Shown here in pieces: positions 38,201-47,926 of a stretch of DNA of 64,000 nucleotides (position 1 is the first letter of the stretch; every line of letters begins with the position of its first letter). The position numbers were made by a program, and so were the translations under genes. The stretch is taken from NCBI GenBank assembly GCA_044341045.1, contig JBIISK010000003.1, forward strand, positions 6,268 to 70,267, in the 5' to 3' direction. The stretch comes from Sediminibacterium sp. Lineage in GTDB: Bacteria; Bacteroidota; Bacteroidia; Chitinophagales; Chitinophagaceae. A model generated the notes under the pieces. The model did no database searches, was not told where the DNA came from, and was given only the letters and a program-made list of their open reading frames with translations.

Positions 38201-39277
38201 ATGTCATCTGTGTATACATCCCCTAAATTTCCAGCTACCAAAGATTCACTGCACGCCGAATTAAAAAAACGCGTTCAAGCCTATTTTGATGAAAAGGGTA
38301 TCGATGCCACTGGAACACCAGGGTTATTTACAAAAGCTATTTTAATGATTTTGGCGCTTATCGCGGTGTACATTCATGTGGTATTTTTTACACCTATTTG
38401 GTGGTTAGCAATTGCAGAGTGTGTTGTAATGGGTGGTCTAGTAGCAGCTATTGGTTTTAATGTGATGCATGATGGAAGTCATGGTAGTTTTAGTACCAAC
38501 AAATGGCTTAATAAAATTGCAGCATCGTCTATAAGTTTATTAGGTGCGAACCGTTTTATGTGGAGAATGAAACACGTAATGATCCACCACACATTTACAA
38601 ATGTTGATGGGGTAGATGATGATATTGAAGTAGGTGGTTTAATGCGTATGGCGCCTACACAAAAAAAATACGGCATACACAAATTTCAACACGTATATTT
38701 TTGGGCCCTTTATATGCTCCTCTATGTTTTCTGGATTTTCTTTACAGATTACAAAAAATATTTTTCTCAAAAAATTGGATCTGTGCCGCTTAAAAAGATG
38801 GCGTTAAAAGACCATATCGAATTTTGGGTGGTAAAAGTATACCATGCTGCCGTTTTTGTGGTATTGCCTATTGCTTTACTAGGTTGGGTTAATTGGTTGA
38901 TTGGCTTCTCTGTAATGACTATGTTTGCAGGCTTTGTATTAAGTATTGTATTTCAGTTGGCACACACGGTAGAGCACACCGACTTTCCAGTAGTTGATGC
39001 AGAAAATAAATTACCCGACGAGTTTGCAGCACATCAAATTAAAACAACTGCCAATTTTGCTACAAAAAATAAATTAATTAGTTGGTTAGTGGGTGGGCTT
39101 AATTTTCAAATCGAGCACCATTTGTTTCCAAAAATCTCACACGTGCATTATCCAGCCATTAGTGAGATTGTAAAAAATGTTTGCGCGGAGTTTCAATTGC
39201 AATACATCGAGTATCCAACAATGCGCAAAGCAGTATTGGCCCACGTACATTTTTTACGTGATATGGGTAGGGGTTAG
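38201..39277 (+). CDS. Membrane-bound acyl-CoA/fatty acid desaturase (linoleoyl-CoA desaturase-like)
   Basis: Three His boxes: HDGSH, HVMIHH, QIEHH; TM helices. Confidence 0.93.
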   Translation: MSSVYTSPKFPATKDSLHAELKKRVQAYFDEKGIDATGTPGLFTKAILMILALIAVYIHVVFFTPIWWLAIAECVVMGGLVAAIGFNVMHDGSHGSFSTNKWLNKIAASSISLLGANRFMWRMKHVMIHHTFTNVDGVDDDIEVGGLMRMAPTQKKYGIHKFQHVYFWALYMLLYVFWIFFTDYKKYFSQKIGSVPLKKMALKDHIEFWVVKVYHAAVFVVLPIALLGWVNWLIGFSVMTMFAGFVLSIVFQLAHTVEHTDFPVVDAENKLPDEFAAHQIKTTANFATKNKLISWLVGGLNFQIEHHLFPKISHVHYPAISEIVKNVCAEFQLQYIEYPTMRKAVLAHVHFLRDMGRG

Positions 39278-41880
39278 GATTTCTTTTTAGGTACTGCTTT
39301 TTTAGAAGCAGACTTCGTTGCAGCTTTTTTAGGTGCAGCTTTTTTTGTAGCTGCTTTTTTAGCTGGCGCTTTTGCTTTTTTGCTAAATGCATCTGGTACT
39401 TGGAGCTCAATCATAGCCTTAACGGCATCTAATTCTACGGTAGCTAAATCGGCAGCTTCATATTTTGTACCATCTGCTTTCTTACCGAGCTTTAGCATCT
39501 TTTTGTTGAACTTGATAAATGGACCCCATCTACCATTTTCGATACTAATTTTATCGGTAGGCCAGTTTTGAATATATCGGTTGGCTTCTTTTTCTAATTT
39601 CTTTTCAATCAGCTCATTGATATCTGAGTCACTTAGGTTGTCAAAATCGTAGGCTCTCGGAATATTAATAAAGATGCCATCCCACTTGATAAACGGTCCA
39701 AAACGGCCCTTTCCTTTCGTTACAGGGAGTTCTTTATAGTGTGCAATTGGCGCTTCAGCTAATTCTTTTTCTCCGAGTAGTACAATGGCTCTGTCCAAAT
39801 CCATGGTATGCAGATCTTCACCTTTTGGAATGGATATAAATTGTTCGCCTAATTTAATGTAAGGACCAAAACGGCCTACGTTAACAGCAAGTTCTTGATC
39901 GTTGTATGTGCCAAGAACACGTGGTAATGAAAATAATTCCATGGCTTCCTGCATGGTAATTGTTTCGATGCTTTGGTTCACACTTAATTTAGCAAATCTT
40001 GGTTTTTCTTCTTCGTCTTGATGACCAATTTGAACCATGGGGCCGTAGCGTCCCATTCTGGCAATTACTTTTTTGCCTGTGGCTTCGTCGATGCCTAATT
40101 CTCTTTCACCTACTGCTCTATCTGCGGTTTCTAATGTGTGTTCTATGTTTTCGTGGAATGGCGTGTAGAAAGAAGCTATCATGCTTTTCCATTTGGTTTT
40201 ACCGGCAGCAATTTCATCAAACTCTTGTTCAATTTTTGCTGTAAAACCGTAATCCATTACTTTACCAAAGTGCTGCTTTAAAAAATCTGTAACCACCATG
40301 CCGAGGTCGGTGGGGAATAATTTAGATTTTTCGGCACCGGTATTTTCGGAAACAATTTCTTTTTCGATGCTATCATTTTTACGCAAAATAAGAAGGTTTG
40401 AAAGCCTTTTAATGCCTTCTTTATCTCTCTTTTCTACATAGTTACGTTTGATGATCGTTGAAATAGTAGGGGCGTAAGTAGAAGGTCTACCAATACCAAG
40501 TTCTTCCATCTTTTTTACAAGTGAAGCCTCTGTATATCTAGCGCCTGGTCGTGAAAATTTTTCGGTGGCCGTCATCTCCGCGAAATCAAGTTGTTGCTTA
40601 GCGGTTAATGGTGGTAAAATTCCTTCTGTGTCATCATCATCTTCGTCGTCTTTGCCTTCTAAATACACCTTTAAAAAACCGTCAAATTTTAGTACTTCAC
40701 CAGAAGCAGCCAACTGTTCTTTGTTGGTTGAAATATTTATTTTCGCAACTGTTTTTTCAAAAGCCGCATCGCTCATTTGCGAAGCGATTGTTCTTCTCCA
40801 AATAAGTTCATAGAGGCGTCTAGTTTCTTCATCTGCTACCGTTTTATTATTCATGTAGGTAGGCCTGATGGCTTCGTGCGCTTCTTGTGCGTTTTCGTTT
40901 TTATTCTTGTATTTTCTGGGCTGATAATAATTATCACCGTAACTACTTTCTACTTCTTTTTTAATATCGCCCATGGCAGTATCACTTAAATTGATACTGT
41001 CTGTACGCATATAAGTAATCTTACCACTCTCGTATAATTTTTGCGCAAGCAACATGGTTTTAGTTACACCATATCCTAATTTACGAGAAGCTTCTTGTTG
41101 TAGGGTAGAAGTTGTGAAAGGTGCTGCTGGTGTGCGTTTGGTAGGTTTTACCGTAACTTCATCGACCGTATAACTAGCGCCTTTGCAACTGGTTAAAAAA
41201 TCATTTGCAGCATCTTGTGTGTTTACTTTTGAAGGGCCTTCTGCTTTAAATGAAACTGTTTTTTTATTGACATCTAGTGCCGTAAAAATTGCTTCAATTT
41301 TGTAACTACTTTCTGGCGTAAAATGGTTGATCTCTCTTTCTCTTTCTACAATTAAACGTACCGCAACACTTTGTACACGGCCTGCACTTAAACTTTTTTG
41401 CATGCCAATTTTACGCCACAAAACAGGACTTAATTCAAAACCTACCAAGCGGTCAAGTACCCTTCTTGCTTGTTGGGCATCTACTAAATCCATATTTATA
41501 AAACGTGGATTTTGTACTGCTTTTTTTATTGCTGGTGCTGTAATTTCATGAAATACGATACGCTTGGTGGTAGCAGGATTTAAACCTAGTACTTCGGCAA
41601 GGTGCCAACTGATACTTTCTCCTTCGCGGTCCTCATCCGATGCGAGCCAAACTTCGCCAGATTTTTTAGCGATTTGTCTTAGTTCTTTAACCACTCTTTC
41701 CTTCTCGTCTGGTACAATATAGTTGGGTTGAAATTGCTTCTGAATATCGATACCCTTGTCACCTTTATCAAGGTCACGAATATGTCCATAACAGCTTTTT
41801 ACCTCAAAATCAGACCCTAAGATCTTTTCTATGGTTTTGGCCTTTGCCGGTGACTCAACAATCAATAAATTCTTTGCCAT
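39274..41880 (-). CDS. topA: DNA topoisomerase I with Toprim_C-type repeats and Lys/Ala-rich tail
   Basis: LIVESPAKAKTI, ASDEDREGE, SAGRVQS, catalytic ITYMRTDS, AQEAHEAIRPT, GIGRPSTYA; GRFGPY/F repeats rather than Cys4 zinc ribbons. Confidence 0.98.
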   Translation of the reverse strand: MAKNLLIVESPAKAKTIEKILGSDFEVKSCYGHIRDLDKGDKGIDIQKQFQPNYIVPDEKERVVKELRQIAKKSGEVWLASDEDREGESISWHLAEVLGLNPATTKRIVFHEITAPAIKKAVQNPRFINMDLVDAQQARRVLDRLVGFELSPVLWRKIGMQKSLSAGRVQSVAVRLIVEREREINHFTPESSYKIEAIFTALDVNKKTVSFKAEGPSKVNTQDAANDFLTSCKGASYTVDEVTVKPTKRTPAAPFTTSTLQQEASRKLGYGVTKTMLLAQKLYESGKITYMRTDSINLSDTAMGDIKKEVESSYGDNYYQPRKYKNKNENAQEAHEAIRPTYMNNKTVADEETRRLYELIWRRTIASQMSDAAFEKTVAKINISTNKEQLAASGEVLKFDGFLKVYLEGKDDEDDDDTEGILPPLTAKQQLDFAEMTATEKFSRPGARYTEASLVKKMEELGIGRPSTYAPTISTIIKRNYVEKRDKEGIKRLSNLLILRKNDSIEKEIVSENTGAEKSKLFPTDLGMVVTDFLKQHFGKVMDYGFTAKIEQEFDEIAAGKTKWKSMIASFYTPFHENIEHTLETADRAVGERELGIDEATGKKVIARMGRYGPMVQIGHQDEEEKPRFAKLSVNQSIETITMQEAMELFSLPRVLGTYNDQELAVNVGRFGPYIKLGEQFISIPKGEDLHTMDLDRAIVLLGEKELAEAPIAHYKELPVTKGKGRFGPFIKWDGIFINIPRAYDFDNLSDSDINELIEKKLEKEANRYIQNWPTDKISIENGRWGPFIKFNKKMLKLGKKADGTKYEAADLATVELDAVKAMIELQVPDAFSKKAKAPAKKAATKKAAPKKAATKSASKKAVPKKKS

Positions 41881-41958
41881 GTAGCTGCAATATTAGTTGA
41901 AACCTTGAAAACATAAAAAAACTTACCTCAAAATGACGTTAAAATAACCCCCAAAACC

Positions 41959-42828
41959 CTAAGATAGGGGGTCTAAATAAGCGCCAATTTTTTTCATAAC
42001 TCCTTGATCTCTATATACTTTGTTATGGCCTAGCCCTTCTGTAATAAAAAATTCTTGGTGGGCCTTGGCACTTGTTTGTGCTTGTAATGTATCCGAAAAG
42101 GGACAAATCCGATCATTTTTATCATGAATCCAAAGGCATGGCGTATCAATTACCGTTAGTGCATGGGTTACCGAAAAATAAGAAATTGGCTTACCAGCCA
42201 TACTTATTATATAGGTTTCTATGGCTTTTTGCAAATCAGGTTGTACCTGCAGCATTTTATAAAACCACTGAAGGGCAGTGGTGGTTTCTGTGGCTGGCGC
42301 AATTAGTACCATTTTTTTACTGGCCGCAGCAGGTAGTTCCTGTAAAGCAAGTGAAAGGGCGAGACCACCAAAAGAGTGTGCAATAAATGCGTCAATACCA
42401 TTTTCTAGCTCATTAACCAGACATATAAAACGCTTGTAAATAAGTGCGTTTACAATTTTTCCTTCACTGTCTCCATGTCCTGGCGCGTCAAAAGCGAGTA
42501 CTTCGTAGCCCATTTGGAGTAAAAGGGGCACATAATGCTCAAATTTATAAGCGTAACTGCTAAAACCATGCAGTATCATTACTTTTTTGCCATTGGGATT
42601 GGGTGCCTGCCAGCCATAACCAACAATGGCTAGACCTTCAAAATCAACCAGTTTTGGCATCGCTTTTGTAAAAATAGCAGGTCGTTTTTGCGTTATTTTT
42701 CGGGAATAGGGCGTGCAAAACAAACGAAAGGCCTCCACTGCGGCTTTTTCTTTCGACAAGTAAGAGAGGGTTCTTAATTTGTTTTTATAGTATCCAATGA
42801 CTAAGCGCTGACCCAATTTCATTTTCAT
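41959..42828 (-). CDS. Alpha/beta hydrolase; start refined to 42828 (or 42822)
   Basis: HGFSS, FDAPGHGDS, nucleophile AHSFGG, IHDKND, GLGHNK. Confidence 0.88.
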   Translation of the reverse strand: MKMKLGQRLVIGYYKNKLRTLSYLSKEKAAVEAFRLFCTPYSRKITQKRPAIFTKAMPKLVDFEGLAIVGYGWQAPNPNGKKVMILHGFSSYAYKFEHYVPLLLQMGYEVLAFDAPGHGDSEGKIVNALIYKRFICLVNELENGIDAFIAHSFGGLALSLALQELPAAASKKMVLIAPATETTTALQWFYKMLQVQPDLQKAIETYIISMAGKPISYFSVTHALTVIDTPCLWIHDKNDRICPFSDTLQAQTSAKAHQEFFITEGLGHNKVYRDQGVMKKIGAYLDPLS

Positions 42829-42919
42829 GCTGCAAAGATAATGACCGTCCGTTGCATAAAAATTTCCTTTTTCGCTACATAAATTGTTCAACGAAATGCG
42901 TGTAGCCACATTTTTGAAA

Positions 42920-42927
42920 TACTTTTG
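42920..42927 (+). promoter_or_regulatory. -7 promoter element for the fdx-iscX-kdsC-ubiA-maf run
   Basis: TACTTTTG, 19 nt before ATG 42947; divergent TATCTTTG at 42833-42840 on the minus strand. Confidence 0.65.
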
Positions 42928-42946
42928 CGCTTCAAAGCATCTATTT

Positions 42947-43282
42947 ATGTACACTTTACATGTAAAATTTGAACAGAAAGGAGTAGAACCGGTAACCCTT
43001 TCAAATATTGAGCCGGATCAAAGTTTATTAGAAGTTTGTTTGGATAATGGCATTGAACTGCACCATAACTGTGGCGCTGTTTGTGCGTGTAGTACCTGTC
43101 ATATGTATGTGCATGCTGGTATGGAACACCTCGAGGAATTATCTGACAGAGAAGAAGATTTTATTGACAGGGCCGTAAATCCACGTATCAATTCAAGACT
43201 GGGATGTCAGTGCGTATTGCAAGACGGTACTGGAACCATCGAAATTACCCTTCCGGATCAAACACAGTTTTTAGGCGAATAA
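42947..43282 (+). CDS. fdx: ISC-type [2Fe-2S] ferredoxin; start refined to 42947
   Basis: HNCGAVCACSTCH ... SRLGCQ adrenodoxin-type ligand pattern. Confidence 0.93.
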   Translation: MYTLHVKFEQKGVEPVTLSNIEPDQSLLEVCLDNGIELHHNCGAVCACSTCHMYVHAGMEHLEELSDREEDFIDRAVNPRINSRLGCQCVLQDGTGTIEITLPDQTQFLGE

Positions 43283-43315
43283 TATTAGTTGTAACTTACT
43301 TTATCAAAAATAGCT

Positions 43316-43555
43316 ATGAGTCATTTTGAACCACCAATACACTGGGCAGATCATGAAGATATTGCCATGAAATTATATGAGCGCTTTGGGGATGATTTTT
43401 CGGAGGCAAAAATATATAGAATTCGTTTTACTGATTTATTGACATGGATTTTAGAAACTCCAAATTTTGTTGGCACCAAAGAACAAAGCACGGAGGGTCA
43501 CTTAGAAATGATTCAGAGCGCATGGGTGTATGAGTGGAGAGACAATCAAAAATAA
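43316..43555 (+). CDS. iscX: Fe-S assembly protein IscX (YfhJ)
   Basis: HWAD.EDIA..LYE, IRFTDL..WI, LEMIQSAWVYE; follows fdx. Confidence 0.9.
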   Translation: MSHFEPPIHWADHEDIAMKLYERFGDDFSEAKIYRIRFTDLLTWILETPNFVGTKEQSTEGHLEMIQSAWVYEWRDNQK

Positions 43556-43560
43556 TTTGA

Positions 43561-44076
43561 ATGCTACATCAGTTTAAAAATATAAATACCATTGTACTTG
43601 ACGTGGATGGTGTTTTAACCGATGGCACATTACTTGTGATGCCTGGCGGACTGATGGTAAGACGCATGAATATTAAAGACGGTTACGCGATACAACTAGC
43701 CGTAAAAAAAGGATATCACATTGCTATAATTTCTGGTGGCGATTCTGCAGAAGTAAAAGACCGACTCCAAAAATTAGGCGTTACGGATGTGTACATGAAA
43801 GTGCATGATAAGTTATCTGTGCTGCAAGAATATTTACTTTTAAATGGGTTGGATGCTGCTAACACGGCCTATATGGGTGATGATATTCCAGACTATGATG
43901 TCATGAAACAAGTGGGTATGGCTTCTTGCCCCGCAGACGCAGCAACAGAAATCAAGGAACTTTCTGTCTATGTGTCGCCACTTAATGGAGGTGAAGGTTG
44001 TGTGCGTGATTTAATTGAAAAAATTATGCGCGTAAGAGGCGATTGGAGTGAAGATACAACCGTCAGGTCTCAATAA
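43561..44076 (+). CDS. kdsC: KDO 8-phosphate phosphatase (HAD, KdsC family)
   Basis: LDVDGVLTDG, NIKDGYAI, ISGG, AYMGDDIPD, GGEGCVRDLIE. Confidence 0.9.
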   Translation: MLHQFKNINTIVLDVDGVLTDGTLLVMPGGLMVRRMNIKDGYAIQLAVKKGYHIAIISGGDSAEVKDRLQKLGVTDVYMKVHDKLSVLQEYLLLNGLDAANTAYMGDDIPDYDVMKQVGMASCPADAATEIKELSVYVSPLNGGEGCVRDLIEKIMRVRGDWSEDTTVRSQ

Positions 44077-44102
44077 ATTATCAATACGCCAATTACAGTT
44101 GC

Positions 44103-45035
44103 ATGAAAAAAATAGTTGCTTTTTTGACGCTTATTCGTGCAAGCAATTTATTTTTTATTGTGCTTACTCAGTTTTTATTTGAGTATTGTATTTACCAAAG
44201 AATTTACGGGCCACCTACACCTGCACAGTCTGTGCAATTTTGGTTGATTGTGCTGGCTTCTGTGTTTATTGCTGCTGCCGGAAATAGCATCAATGATTAT
44301 TTTGATTTAAATATTGATCAAATCAATAAGCCTAGTAAAGTAGTCGTGAATGTTGACATTAGTAGACGCTGGGTTATATTTTTTCATTTGGTGTTAAGTA
44401 TGTTGGGTTTATTTTTTACCGCTTATGCACTTCCTATTCAGTCATACTGGTATTTGGTTTTTGCCAACATGATGTGTATTGTTTTGTTGTGGGTGTACTC
44501 TACAAACTTTAAAAAACAACTACTCATCGGCAATGTACTTATTTCATTATTAACCGCATGGGTGCTGCTTATTTTGTTTTTTTCAAAAGCACCGCTACAA
44601 TTAAATAATGTATTAGAATCGGGAGATAAAGAAATTCGTTTTTTTAGACTCACTATTTTATACGCATCTTTTGCTTTTATTATTTCATTAATTAGAGAAG
44701 TGATTAAAGATGTAGAAGACAGGGTAGGAGACGCAAAATATGGCTGTAGAACCATTCCAATCGTGTGGGGGTTAACGGCAACTAAAGTGTTTGTGGCAGT
44801 TTGGCTGGTAGTATTAATTGCGGTACTTGTTATCTTGCAATTTTATGTACTACCCATGGGATGGTGGGAGAGTATTGTTTATTGTGTGCTTGCTATTGTT
44901 GCGCCACTCGTATGGGTGTTTGTAAAATTACTTACGGCACAAACCGAAAAAGATTTTGGTAAACTAAGCACCGTTATTAAAATTGTAATGCTTACGGGTA
45001 TTGTATCCATGGTATTTTTTAGGTATTATTTGTAA
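44103..45035 (+). CDS. UbiA-family prenyltransferase, geranylgeranylglycerol-phosphate geranylgeranyltransferase-like
   Basis: LIRASNL; AGNSINDYFDLNIDQINKP; YSTNFKKQLLIGN; REVIKDVEDRVGD..GCRTIPI; multiple TM helices. Confidence 0.85.
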   Translation: MKKIVAFLTLIRASNLFFIVLTQFLFEYCIYQRIYGPPTPAQSVQFWLIVLASVFIAAAGNSINDYFDLNIDQINKPSKVVVNVDISRRWVIFFHLVLSMLGLFFTAYALPIQSYWYLVFANMMCIVLLWVYSTNFKKQLLIGNVLISLLTAWVLLILFFSKAPLQLNNVLESGDKEIRFFRLTILYASFAFIISLIREVIKDVEDRVGDAKYGCRTIPIVWGLTATKVFVAVWLVVLIAVLVILQFYVLPMGWWESIVYCVLAIVAPLVWVFVKLLTAQTEKDFGKLSTVIKIVMLTGIVSMVFFRYYL

Positions 45036-45607
45036 TGAACATGAACAAAAAAATTATACTAGCCTCTGGTTCTCCGCGCCGAAAAACATTACTCGAATGG
45101 GCTGAGGTTTCTTTTGAAGTCATTGTAAAACCAACCGACGAAAGTTATCCTGAGGGCCTTGCCATAGAAGAAGTGCCCGTGCATATTGCGCGTCAAAAAG
45201 CTTTAGCGGTAGCAAGCGGTATTACTGGCAACGAACTTGTGATTGCAGCAGATACCGTTGTTGTTTTAGAAAATGAAATTATTGGTAAGCCTGCAAGTAG
45301 AGAAGACGCTATTTTAATTTTATCTAAGTTGGCTGGAAAAACACACCGTGTGATAACGGGTGTGGTACTTTTAGAAGGCGCTGACGAAACCGCTTTTGCG
45401 GATAGCACAACCGTACATTTTCATCCCCTCACATCGGAGCAAATTACTTTTTATGTAGACAAGTACAAACCTTATGATAAAGCGGGCGCCTATGCCATCC
45501 AGGAATGGATTGGTGTGGTAGGCATCAAATCGGTGGAAGGCGATTTTTACAATGTAATGGGTCTTCCAGTTAGCAGGGTGATGCAGGCACTTCAAGCCAT
45601 GCTTTAA
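45035..45607 (+). CDS. maf: Maf family nucleotide pyrophosphatase
   Basis: ILASGSPRRKTLL, ADTVVV, GKP, KAGAYAIQ, YNVMGLP; start overlaps upstream stop. Confidence 0.93.
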   Translation: MNMNKKIILASGSPRRKTLLEWAEVSFEVIVKPTDESYPEGLAIEEVPVHIARQKALAVASGITGNELVIAADTVVVLENEIIGKPASREDAILILSKLAGKTHRVITGVVLLEGADETAFADSTTVHFHPLTSEQITFYVDKYKPYDKAGAYAIQEWIGVVGIKSVEGDFYNVMGLPVSRVMQALQAML

Positions 45608-45643
45608 TGGCTGCAATTTTATTGCCGGTTTAGCCGCCGTGTT

Positions 45644-46054
45644 TTACGATGGCCAGCTAAAACTGAAGTCCAGTTCTACATCTGGGTGCAGGGTACGCTC
45701 TACGGGACAGGTTCTAGCCACTTTTTCCAAAATCTCTTTTGTTTTTTCGTCTAGGCGGAGGCTTTCCGGGAATTGAATATGGACAATTATTTTGCCTATT
45801 CGACGTGGGTCGCTCACCATAATTTTGGTGGCATTGGCAGTGGTACCATCCAGTGCAATACCCATACTTTGTGCTTTAATACCCATGGTGGTTACCATGC
45901 AAGTAGCCAGTGCGGTGGCCACTAAATCAGTGGGTGAAAACCTTTCACCATTACCCTGGTTGTCTGTGGGGGCATCAGTTTCGATGGTGGTGCCGCTTTG
46001 TAGATGTGTAGCTTCGGTTCTTAACTTAGTTTTATAAATAATTTGTGCAGTCAT
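45644..46054 (-). CDS. OsmC family protein
   Basis: TDAPTDNQG.GERFSPTDL.A.ALATC ... ARTCPV two-Cys pattern. Confidence 0.88.
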   Translation of the reverse strand: MTAQIIYKTKLRTEATHLQSGTTIETDAPTDNQGNGERFSPTDLVATALATCMVTTMGIKAQSMGIALDGTTANATKIMVSDPRRIGKIIVHIQFPESLRLDEKTKEILEKVARTCPVERTLHPDVELDFSFSWPS

Positions 46055-46093
46055 TGGTACAATTTTGCCTTAAATTTACAAGGAACTAATCAA

Positions 46094-46957
46094 ATGAGCG
46101 TGAAGAAAATAGTTAATATATCTGCACCCCTTCAAAAAACAGGCGTTGTCCTTTTATTGAGCTTTCTTTTTGTGGGCATGGGTTTTACGCAGCAGCGAAA
46201 ATTATCTCCAGCACAGGAAGAAAAATTACGTTTAAAAAACGAACGACGTGAAAAAATAAATCAGCTCATTAAACAAGAAGAGGAAGGTGCCTTAATTTAT
46301 CAAAAACAAATTACCCAAGGTATACATTTCAATACCGATGGTTGGAGTGTTTTTTATGAAAAAGGAAAATATAAAACAATCACTACAACAAATTTATGGT
46401 GGGTAGAAATTGGTGAACATAGACATCCAAAAGAAGAAAGAACACCAACAGCAAGTTCGGTTCAGGGTTTTATTATTTTATCGAACTATGTATATGGGAA
46501 GCAAAATAATTTGTATGATGTAAAACTTGGTTTTGGCCAACAAAAATTAATTGGAGGAAAGGGTAATAAAAATGGCGTTGCTGTTTCAGCTATTTATGGT
46601 GGGGGCATTACCGCGGGATTATTAAAGCCATATTATTTGCAAATACAAAATCCATCAACACAGCGTCAAGAAGATATTAAATACGACAACAACGATCAAC
46701 TTTTTTTAGATCCTACTATAATTTTAGGCAAGGGTTCTTTTAGTAAAGGGTTTAGTGAAATGCAATTTGTCCCGGGCGGTCACGTAAAAGGGGCCCTTCG
46801 TTTCGACTATGGCCGCTACAATGAAGTGGTGTCTGCGCTTGAGGTGGGGTTAAAAGCTACTTATTTCTCAAAAAAGATGCCAGTAATGCTCTTAAACGAC
46901 GAAAAAAGCCTCTTCTTTAACGCCTATATTTCTGTCATTTTTGGTAAGCGAAAGTGA
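46094..46957 (+). CDS. Conserved hypothetical exported beta-barrel-like protein; start refined to 46094
   Basis: Signal peptide, charged helix, then alternating beta-strand pattern (HFNTDGW, YGKQNN, GLLKPYYLQI, ALEVG), ending FNAYISVIFGKRK. Confidence 0.7.
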   Translation: MSVKKIVNISAPLQKTGVVLLLSFLFVGMGFTQQRKLSPAQEEKLRLKNERREKINQLIKQEEEGALIYQKQITQGIHFNTDGWSVFYEKGKYKTITTTNLWWVEIGEHRHPKEERTPTASSVQGFIILSNYVYGKQNNLYDVKLGFGQQKLIGGKGNKNGVAVSAIYGGGITAGLLKPYYLQIQNPSTQRQEDIKYDNNDQLFLDPTIILGKGSFSKGFSEMQFVPGGHVKGALRFDYGRYNEVVSALEVGLKATYFSKKMPVMLLNDEKSLFFNAYISVIFGKRK

Positions 46958-46959
46958 CC

Positions 46960-46967
46960 TATTTTTG
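46960..46967 (+). promoter_or_regulatory. -7 promoter element for lipA
   Basis: TATTTTTG just after the upstream stop, 32 nt before ATG 47000. Confidence 0.65.
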
Positions 46968-46999
46968 CATTCCAAGCAATTATAAAGAATTTCAATTTC

Positions 47000-47926
47000 A
47001 TGCAAGAATTACCTGTTGTCCCAAAAATAGATCCAACAACTTCCAAAATACAAAAGCCCAATTGGTTGCGTGTAAAACTGCCCATTGGTGAAAGTTACAA
47101 GCACGTTAGAGGACTTGTTGATACCCATAAACTGCATACCATTTGTGAAAGTGGCAACTGCCCAAATATGGGAGAGTGTTGGGGTGAAGGGACGGCTACA
47201 TTTATGATACTCGGTAATGTGTGTACCCGTAGTTGCGGATTTTGTGCGGTGGCCACCGGGCGTCCAGCTCCCGTAGATTTTGATGAACCTCAGCGCGTGG
47301 CAGAAGCCATTCATTTGATGAAGGTGAAGCATGCTGTTATTACGAGTGTAGATAGAGATGAATTAAAAGATGGTGGTTCTAACATCTGGTATAATACCAT
47401 TAAAGCCGTTAAAGCGTTAACACCGGATACAACACTCGAAACATTGATACCTGATTTTAAAGGCATTCAAGATCAAATACAGCGCCTTATTGATGCAGCA
47501 CCTGAAGTAATTAGCCATAATATGGAAACCGTGGAAAGGCTAACACGTCAAGTGCGTGTGCAAGCAAAGTACCAGCGTTCATTAGGCGTACTTGAAACCT
47601 TAAAAAAAGGCGGTATGCGTACCAAAACGGGGATGATGCTTGGCCTTGGTGAAACCAAAGATGAAGTGGTGCAATCCATGAAAGATTTGGTGAATGTAGG
47701 TTGTGATGTATTAACCCTTGGTCAATATTTACAGCCTACTAAAAAGCATTTAGCAGTGCAACGTTTTGTACACCCCGATGAATTTGCCGAACTGCGAGAG
47801 ATTGGTTATCAAATTGGTTTTGATTATGTAGAAAGTGGCCCACTTGTACGTTCGTCTTACCATAGCGAAAAGCATGTGATTAAAGGATGGGGTAAAGAAA
47901 AATGGCTATCTGAAAAAAGCTTATGA
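47000..47926 (+). CDS. lipA: Lipoyl synthase
   Basis: [12 protein letters not shown] (CX4CX5C), CTRSCGFC (radical SAM), VRSSYH. Confidence 0.98.
   Translation: MQELPVVPKIDPTTSKIQKPNWLRVKLPIGESYKHVRGLVDTHKLHTICESGNCPNMGECWGEGTATFMILGNVCTRSCGFCAVATGRPAPVDFDEPQRVAEAIHLMKVKHAVITSVDRDELKDGGSNIWYNTIKAVKALTPDTTLETLIPDFKGIQDQIQRLIDAAPEVISHNMETVERLTRQVRVQAKYQRSLGVLETLKKGGMRTKTGMMLGLGETKDEVVQSMKDLVNVGCDVLTLGQYLQPTKKHLAVQRFVHPDEFAELREIGYQIGFDYVESGPLVRSSYHSEKHVIKGWGKEKWLSEKSL

Noticed and set aside
41947-41972. ACCCCC-N14-GGGGGT hairpin at the hydrolase 3' end
   Set aside because: Short stem overlapping the coding end; plausible but too weak to report as a terminator.
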